In this document: positions 1 through 2,817 of the stretch, piece after piece
Position numbering within the stretch: the first letter of the stretch is position 1
Layout of the letters: each line of letters starts with the position of its first letter
Source of the DNA: a virus
Taxonomy: Duplodnaviria > Heunggongvirae > Uroviricota > Caudoviricetes
Strand: one strand, 5' to 3'
IMG/VR virus record: IMGVR_UViG_2529292981_000044
DNA length: 2,817 nucleotides
Program-made: the position numbers and the translations under genes
The notes under the pieces: model-generated
Seen by the model: the letters and a program-made list of their open reading frames with translations, nothing else
What the model was told of the DNA's origin: nothing
The model's database searches: none

Positions 1-177
1 CAAGCAGATGAGCTGATTTTTCCGTCCCTGCGCAGGGCAAACCTGGCGCTGCGCAGGGCGAAAAGTGATGTTCAGAAGTGGGAGCGAGTCTGCGCCGCGC
101 TGCGGGAGCTGAACAAGCACCGGGATATTGTTCGACAGATTACTGATTCTTCCCGCCGTGTTGTATCGGAAAAGTGA
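1..177 (+). CDS. 3' end of an unidentified upstream gene (partial; 58 sense codons entering from the left edge)
   Basis: Frame 1 is open from position 1 to TGA at 175-177 (QADELIFPSLRRANLALRRAKSDVQKWERVCAALRELNKHRDIVRQITDSSRRVVSEK). It has no ATG, which explains its absence from the ORF track. The SD of the next gene (GGAGG 183-187) starts 6 nt after the stop, an operon-like junction. No family recognised. Confidence 0.35.
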   Translation, partial: QADELIFPSLRRANLALRRAKSDVQKWERVCAALRELNKHRDIVRQITDSSRRVVSEK

Positions 178-192
178 TAGCCGGAGGCGCTT

Positions 193-588
193 ATGGCGAA
201 ACCTTTTACACACGAACAGCGTGAAGAACTGAAGGCCCGAATTATCGGGCTGGTACGCAAAAATGAACGCATGACGATATCACAACTGGAGAGAGCGACG
301 GGAGCAGGCTGGCATTCAGTCAGACGTTGCCTTGTGGATGTACTGGCTTGTGGCGATTTATACATGCCCGGTAAATACGGTGTTTTTACATCAGAACAGG
401 TGTATCGCGTATGGCGTAAGGCAGCGGAGAAAACAACCGACCAGACATTGATTCGAAAGTTACCAGACGGAGAAATACGCCGCTACGACAGACAACAGAA
501 CATAATCTGTGGCGAGTGCCGGAAGAGTGAAGTTATGCTGCGTGTACTGGCGTTCTATCAGGGCAATTTTCAGGAGGCGGTATTGTGA
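193..588 (+). CDS. Hypothetical small protein, 131 aa; N-terminal region resembles a winged-helix DNA-binding domain, C-terminal region carries a CGEC (CxxC) motif
   Basis: ATG at 193 preceded by GGAGG (183-187) at 5-nt spacing. Stop TGA 586-588 overlaps the GTG of the next ORF (GTGA). The segment REELKARIIGLVRKNERMTISQLERATGAGWHSVRRCLVDVLACGDLY has the helix / turn / recognition-helix / Gly-wing pattern of small winged-helix regulators; this is pattern recognition, not a search result. Confidence 0.7.
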   Translation: MAKPFTHEQREELKARIIGLVRKNERMTISQLERATGAGWHSVRRCLVDVLACGDLYMPGKYGVFTSEQVYRVWRKAAEKTTDQTLIRKLPDGEIRRYDRQQNIICGECRKSEVMLRVLAFYQGNFQEAVL

Positions 589-1001
589 GTGAATTAGCTA
601 TCAGGCTTCAATTGTCGCTGGCATTCACATCAAAGGAGAAGAGCATGGAAATAAAACCAGAAGATGAGTTAAGCAATATCGTTTTATTTCCGGTAAAAGA
701 GGATGACCCACGTAATCAGGTTAATTTTCTTTATGAGCCATCGGAAAGAGCATATTGTCATCACGCCTCTGTTCGGGTTGACGAAAAAGAGCGTCAGGTC
801 CGCTGTAAAATCTGCGGTGCAGTTGTGGAGCCATTTGACTGGATGCTCTCTGTGGCGAAAAGAGAAACCAGACTGGCAGATGATGTAAGGATCTTGCGCC
901 AGGAGGAACGGGAAAGGCGGAGAAATATAGAAAAGCTAATTCAGATTGAGCGTAACGTGAAAGCGCGGATACGCAGGGTGACAAAATCCAGAACTGAATA
1001 A
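585..1001 (+). CDS. Hypothetical protein, 138 aa from GTG 585 (or 118 aa from ATG 645); Cys/His cluster (C-H-H ... C-x2-C) followed by a basic, Arg/Glu-rich predicted coiled-coil tail
   Basis: Long ORF in the frame of the track. Two candidate starts: GTG 585 with AGGAGG (572-577) 7 nt upstream and a 4-nt overlap with the upstream stop, or ATG 645 with AAGGAG (633-638) 6 nt upstream. The motif YCHHASVRV...RCKICG suggests a zinc-ribbon-like element; the C-terminus RILRQEERERRRNIEKLIQIERNVKARIRR is heptad-like and basic. Stop TAA 999-1001. Confidence 0.65.
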   Translation: MSELAIRLQLSLAFTSKEKSMEIKPEDELSNIVLFPVKEDDPRNQVNFLYEPSERAYCHHASVRVDEKERQVRCKICGAVVEPFDWMLSVAKRETRLADDVRILRQEERERRRNIEKLIQIERNVKARIRRVTKSRTE

Positions 1002-1049
1002 TTAAATTTAGCTCTGTTAAAAATTTAATCCTTAACCGGAGGTATATCA

Positions 1050-1262
1050 ATGTCAAACGCACAGAAAGTTATTAACGCTGAAAAATATAACGAGTGGGTG
1101 AAAAAGTTCTCAGAGCAGATTTTTAAAATTACTGGCGACGAGAATGCGGCAAAAAATGAATTAGAGCCGTGGACACCTGAAGGTGTCGACCCAAATTATT
1201 GCTGGTGGGATGTTGATCCAGTTGATGCTGCAAATGAAGCTATGAGTTATCACAACGATTAA
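1050..1262 (+). CDS. Hypothetical small acidic protein, 70 aa, with a Trp-rich acidic C-terminal half
   Basis: ATG 1050 with GGAGG (1038-1042) at 7-nt spacing; stop TAA 1260-1262. About 14 Asp/Glu versus 6 Lys/Arg, with the tail EPWTPEGVDPNYCWWDVDPVDAANEAMSYHND. Same strand as its neighbours. No family recognised. Confidence 0.6.
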   Translation: MSNAQKVINAEKYNEWVKKFSEQIFKITGDENAAKNELEPWTPEGVDPNYCWWDVDPVDAANEAMSYHND

Positions 1263-1272
1263 TGTCAGGAGG

Positions 1273-1288
1273 CCGCCCGAAAGGGCGG
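1273..1288 (+). other. Perfect 6-bp GC stem with GAAA (GNRA) tetraloop in the intergenic spacer; not a canonical terminator (no U-tract)
   Basis: CCGCCC (1273-1278) / GAAA / GGGCGG (1283-1288), exact reverse complements, optional G-U closing pair 1272/1289. AGGAGG (1267-1272) lies immediately 5' and ATG 1291 / GTG 1298 immediately 3'. Confidence 0.4.
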
Positions 1289-1297
1289 TAATGAAAA

Positions 1298-1669
1298 GTG
1301 ACTGAATTAACCAAAGAGAAATTAATCGAAGAAGCCAAATTAAAAATAGCGATTGCGAAATGCTACCCCAATTCAGGGATGGCACGGGTAGAGGGCGAGT
1401 TATTCAAAATTGCACTGGCATCGCTGGAAGCAGAACCGATAGCGTGGGAATGCGGTGAAAACATAATCCTGTTTAACCCTGACACAGTTGAAGCATACGC
1501 AAAACGTGCGGAAATATCACCTAAACCACTATTCTCCGCGCCGCCAGCGCTGGTAGTGCCTGATAAGTTGCCGCGTGAATACAGAAACGGTTGGCCTCTT
1601 GCGTATAGTGATTATGCTGAAGGCTGGAACGACTGCCGCGAAGCCATGCTTCAGGGAGATAAATCATGA
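1298..1669 (+). CDS. Hypothetical prophage protein, 123 aa; resembles (from memory) the N-terminal portion of Ea22-like / DUF551-associated lambdoid accessory proteins
   Basis: The frame opens after TGA 1292-1294; the first start is GTG 1298, with the next in-frame ATG at 1379 (Met28). Stop TGA 1667-1669 overlaps the next ATG (ATGA). The motifs PIAWECGENIIL, PLFSAPPALVVPD and AEGWNDCREAMLQG resemble the conserved 'VAW ... APPAPVVPD ... GYNxCRxAML' stretch I associate with Ea22-like phage proteins; unverified. Confidence 0.6.
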   Translation: MTELTKEKLIEEAKLKIAIAKCYPNSGMARVEGELFKIALASLEAEPIAWECGENIILFNPDTVEAYAKRAEISPKPLFSAPPALVVPDKLPREYRNGWPLAYSDYAEGWNDCREAMLQGDKS

Positions 1670-2016
1670 TTAATCGTATCAAGCTGGAGCACATCCTCGA
1701 ATATGCCAGGCAGCAGAGGCATATTGGTCAGCATTGTAAAATTCCACCAGGAGATATGGTTGAAATCATGGAGATTGCCATGCGCAAGGCTGGCAACTCT
1801 CCGGTAACTCCGGATGGTTGGATAAGCTGTAGTGAGCGAATGCCGGAGAAATACGATTTCGATATCTGGGTATTCTCTCCATCCAGAGGTGTTCTTGACG
1901 GGCTACAGTGGGATGGCTCGATGTTTACTGATGATGAATATCAGTTCGTTATTCATGACGCCACGCATTGGATGAGAAAAGTATATCCAGCAGCACCGCA
2001 GCAGGATGGTGAATGA
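1666..2016 (+). CDS. Hypothetical prophage protein, 116 aa, with a DUF551-like C-terminal region
   Basis: ATG 1666 with AGGGAGA (1653-1659) 6 nt upstream, ATGA overlap with the upstream gene; stop TGA 2014-2016. The segment DGWISCSERMPEKYDFDIWVF...QWDG matches my recollection of the DUF551 signature (W-I-S-x-x-D/E-R-L/M-P-E followed by hydrophobic strands); family call from memory. Confidence 0.65.
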   Translation: MINRIKLEHILEYARQQRHIGQHCKIPPGDMVEIMEIAMRKAGNSPVTPDGWISCSERMPEKYDFDIWVFSPSRGVLDGLQWDGSMFTDDEYQFVIHDATHWMRKVYPAAPQQDGE

Positions 2017-2102
2017 TGCCGCCAGTTAAAGTTGTGATTATCACTTTGGTGATGATAGTGATTGCGAGAATCATGTCTGGTGAAATTGTGTGGATATGGT
2101 AA
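2013..2102 (+). CDS. Unannotated 29-codon hydrophobic small ORF (MMPPVKVVIITLVMIVIARIMSGEIVWIW); candidate leader peptide or small membrane/toxin-like peptide
   Basis: ATG-ATG at 2013-2018 overlaps the upstream stop (ATGA at 2013-2016), with AGGA (2003-2006) 6 nt upstream; in-frame to TAA 2100-2102. 13 of 29 residues are Val/Ile and only 1 is Leu. Below the apparent length cutoff of the ORF track. Coding status uncertain because the same bases form GTGAT repeats. Confidence 0.3.
   Translation: MMPPVKVVIITLVMIVIARIMSGEIVWIW
2034..2062. repeat. Cluster of GTGAT pentamers including a GTGAT-t-ATCAC palindrome; possible protein-binding site array
   Basis: GTGAT at 2034-2038, its inverted copy ATCAC at 2040-2044 (palindrome centred on T2039), and direct copies at 2049-2053 and 2058-2062; related GGTGA at 2008-2012 and 2079-2083. 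Read directly from the sequence. Confidence 0.3.
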
Positions 2103-2132
2103 TGGCTAAGGCAGCAGCAGAGCGCAACTAAC

Positions 2133-2160
2133 AATCCTCGCACTCGCGGGGATTTCTTTT
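2133..2160 (+). terminator. Intrinsic (rho-independent) terminator, first of a tandem pair
   Basis: Stem AATCCTCGC (2133-2141) / loop ACTC / GCGGGGATT (2146-2154), 9 bp with one G-U pair, immediately followed by the U-tract TTTCTTTT (2153-2160). Confidence 0.6.
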
Positions 2161-2165
2161 ATCTG

Positions 2166-2190
2166 AACTCGCTACGGCGAGTTTTGTTTT
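2166..2190 (+). terminator. Intrinsic terminator, second of the tandem pair, abutting the next gene's RBS
   Basis: Perfect 7-bp stem AACTCGC (2166-2172) / loop TACG / GCGAGTT (2177-2183), followed by TTTTGTTTT (2182-2190). GGAG of the downstream gene begins at 2193. Confidence 0.6.
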
Positions 2191-2203
2191 ATGGAGACAA
2201 GAA

Positions 2204-2548
2204 ATGTCAGATTTGGCTATGAAGGTTTTGAAATGGCAATCAACTGGCGATGTCGGCATCAGTAGCGCAACTCTTGCCTCAATCGCATGTGGCCTGAAAA
2301 AGAATATCTATGGTCATGGCTTCGGTGCTCCACATGACGCAGCCGATTTCAGACGATGCGTTGCACTTGTTGAGCAGATTCCAGAAATCAGAGATTCATT
2401 CGACAAGGTTGCAAAGCGCGTTCCGGCATTCAAAGGAATCCTCAACGAATGGGATTCCCTCGTTGCTCTGTTGAAGTCTGAAATGAAGATACACGGAAAC
2501 AAAGCACCAGAGACTTACAGAAGAATCAGCGAGCTACGCAAGGACTAA
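2204..2548 (+). CDS. Hypothetical protein, 114 aa, unknown function; terminator-insulated cargo (moron-like) gene
   Basis: ATG 2204 with GGAG (2193-2196) at 7-nt spacing; stop TAA 2546-2548. Preceded by tandem terminators and followed by hairpins and a U-tract. Translation MSDLAMKVLKWQSTGDVGISSATLASIACGLKKNIYGHGFGAPHDAADFRRC... matches no family I recognise. Confidence 0.7.
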   Translation: MSDLAMKVLKWQSTGDVGISSATLASIACGLKKNIYGHGFGAPHDAADFRRCVALVEQIPEIRDSFDKVAKRVPAFKGILNEWDSLVALLKSEMKIHGNKAPETYRRISELRKD

Positions 2549-2584
2549 CGCCTCACACTCGATGAGGCCTGTTCATATCTGATA

Positions 2585-2610
2585 GAGCCGCTATATGGCG
2601 GTTTCTTTTT
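2585..2610 (+). terminator. Probable intrinsic terminator downstream of the 114-aa gene, preceded by a second hairpin
   Basis: Stem CCGC (2588-2591) / GCGG (2598-2601), extendable by A-U and G-U pairs, running into TTTCTTTTT (2602-2610). A separate 6-bp hairpin GCCTCA (2550-2555) / TGAGGC (2563-2568) lies just upstream without a U-tract. Weaker than the 2133-2190 pair. Confidence 0.45.
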
Positions 2611-2625
2611 GCCTGGAGAATTAAG

Positions 2626-2817
2626 ATGACCGATACCAGCCTGATTCCTGAGAAAGAAGTGATGAACAAGCTCGGTGTTTCATCACGTCAGACAATCTGG
2701 AACTATACCAAACGGCACGGATTTCCGAAGCCAGTCAGAACCCACCCCAAATCATACCTTCGTGAAGCTGTTGAAGGGTGGATTCTTAACGGTGGCGTTA
2801 ATCAGAAATGCTCCTGA
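2626..2817 (+). CDS. AlpA/Xis-family excisionase-like helix-turn-helix protein, 63 aa (prophage CP4-57 AlpA-type regulator / excisionase family)
   Basis: ATG 2626 with GGAGA (2615-2619) at 6-nt spacing; stop TGA 2815-2817 is exactly the last triplet of the window. The segment EVMNKLGVSSRQTIWNYTKRHGFPKPVRTHPKSYLREAVEGWI has the layout of small phage excisionase/AlpA proteins (helix, Gly turn, recognition helix, then FPKP-type wing, then W-containing C-terminus). Family call from memory. Confidence 0.75.
   Translation: MTDTSLIPEKEVMNKLGVSSRQTIWNYTKRHGFPKPVRTHPKSYLREAVEGWILNGGVNQKCS

Noticed and set aside
72-365. Minus-strand ORF of 97 aa from the track
   Set aside because: It lies antisense across the end of the left-edge frame and the start of the 193-588 gene, and I found no SD-like motif positioned before its start. 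Every supported gene is on the + strand with operon-like junctions. Most likely a shadow ORF.
1002-1049. AT-rich spacer with inverted repeat TTAAATTT (1002-1009) / AAATTTAA (1021-1028); possible promoter or operator
   Set aside because: Low-complexity A/T sequence forms such palindromes by chance. I could not place a -35/-10 pair with proper spacing that does not collide with the SD at 1038-1042. Left as unsupported.
721-1062. Minus-strand ORF of 113 aa, and the overlapping + strand 61-aa ORF at 703-888
   Set aside because: Both are embedded in, or antisense to, the 585-1001 gene, which has the better start context and coupling. The 703-888 ORF is an alternate frame inside that gene. No independent support.
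1161-1385. Minus-strand ORF of 74 aa with a hydrophobic translation
   Set aside because: Antisense to two + strand genes and the hairpin spacer; the hydrophobicity is what antisense translation of A/T-rich codons typically gives. No start-site support.
1640-1675. Possible programmed -1 ribosomal frameshift site joining the 123-aa and 116-aa ORFs
   Set aside because: No slippery heptamer of X XXY YYZ form is present around the junction (GGAGATAAATCATGA) and no downstream pseudoknot is apparent. An ATGA overlap with its own SD is more simply explained by translational coupling.
2017-2132. Candidate sigma70 promoter elements (TTGTGA 2032-2037, TTGCGA 2062-2067, TATGGT 2095-2100)
   Set aside because: No combination gives a consensus-like -35 and -10 hexamer at 16-18 bp spacing; the hexamers are by-products of the GTGAT repeats. 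Not reported as a promoter.
1949-2143. Minus-strand ORF of 64 aa overlapping the small hydrophobic ORF and terminator 1
   Set aside because: It runs antisense through the DUF551-like gene end and the GTGAT repeat region and would have to traverse the terminator stem. Its Cys/His/Ile-rich translation looks like a repeat-driven artefact. An antisense regulatory RNA here cannot be excluded, but a protein is unlikely.
2314-2502. Minus-strand ORF of 62 aa inside the 114-aa gene
   Set aside because: Fully contained antisense within a well-supported + strand CDS; no RBS or start context; treated as a shadow ORF.
1-2817. Search for CRISPR repeats, tRNA/rRNA genes, IS elements or terminal inverted repeats
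   Set aside because: No regularly spaced direct repeats of 25-40 bp, no cloverleaf-compatible segments with conserved tRNA motifs, and no transposase-like ORFs were found in the window.

Overview
The window is a tightly packed, single-strand (+) block of small genes that ends in an AlpA/Xis-family excisionase-like gene, which I read as the accessory region of an enterobacterial integrative element (lambdoid-prophage 'ea'-type region or a P4-like island) lying just upstream of its recombination module. This is inference from gene content and layout, and no integrase or att site is inside the window. Seven to eight + strand CDS are supported by Shine-Dalgarno motifs and start/stop overlaps (GTGA at 585-588, ATGA at 1666-1669 and 2013-2016); three intergenic spots carry hairpins with U-tracts. 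The most interesting signal is at 2013-2203: an unannotated 29-codon Val/Ile-rich hydrophobic ORF built on GTGAT repeats, coupled to the preceding gene and followed by two tandem intrinsic terminators that abut the RBS of a 114-aa protein of unknown function, itself closed off by another terminator. That is either an attenuator-like leader module or a small membrane/toxin-like peptide next to an insulated cargo gene. No rRNA, tRNA, CRISPR array or transposase is visible. All family assignments are from reading the translations without database searches.
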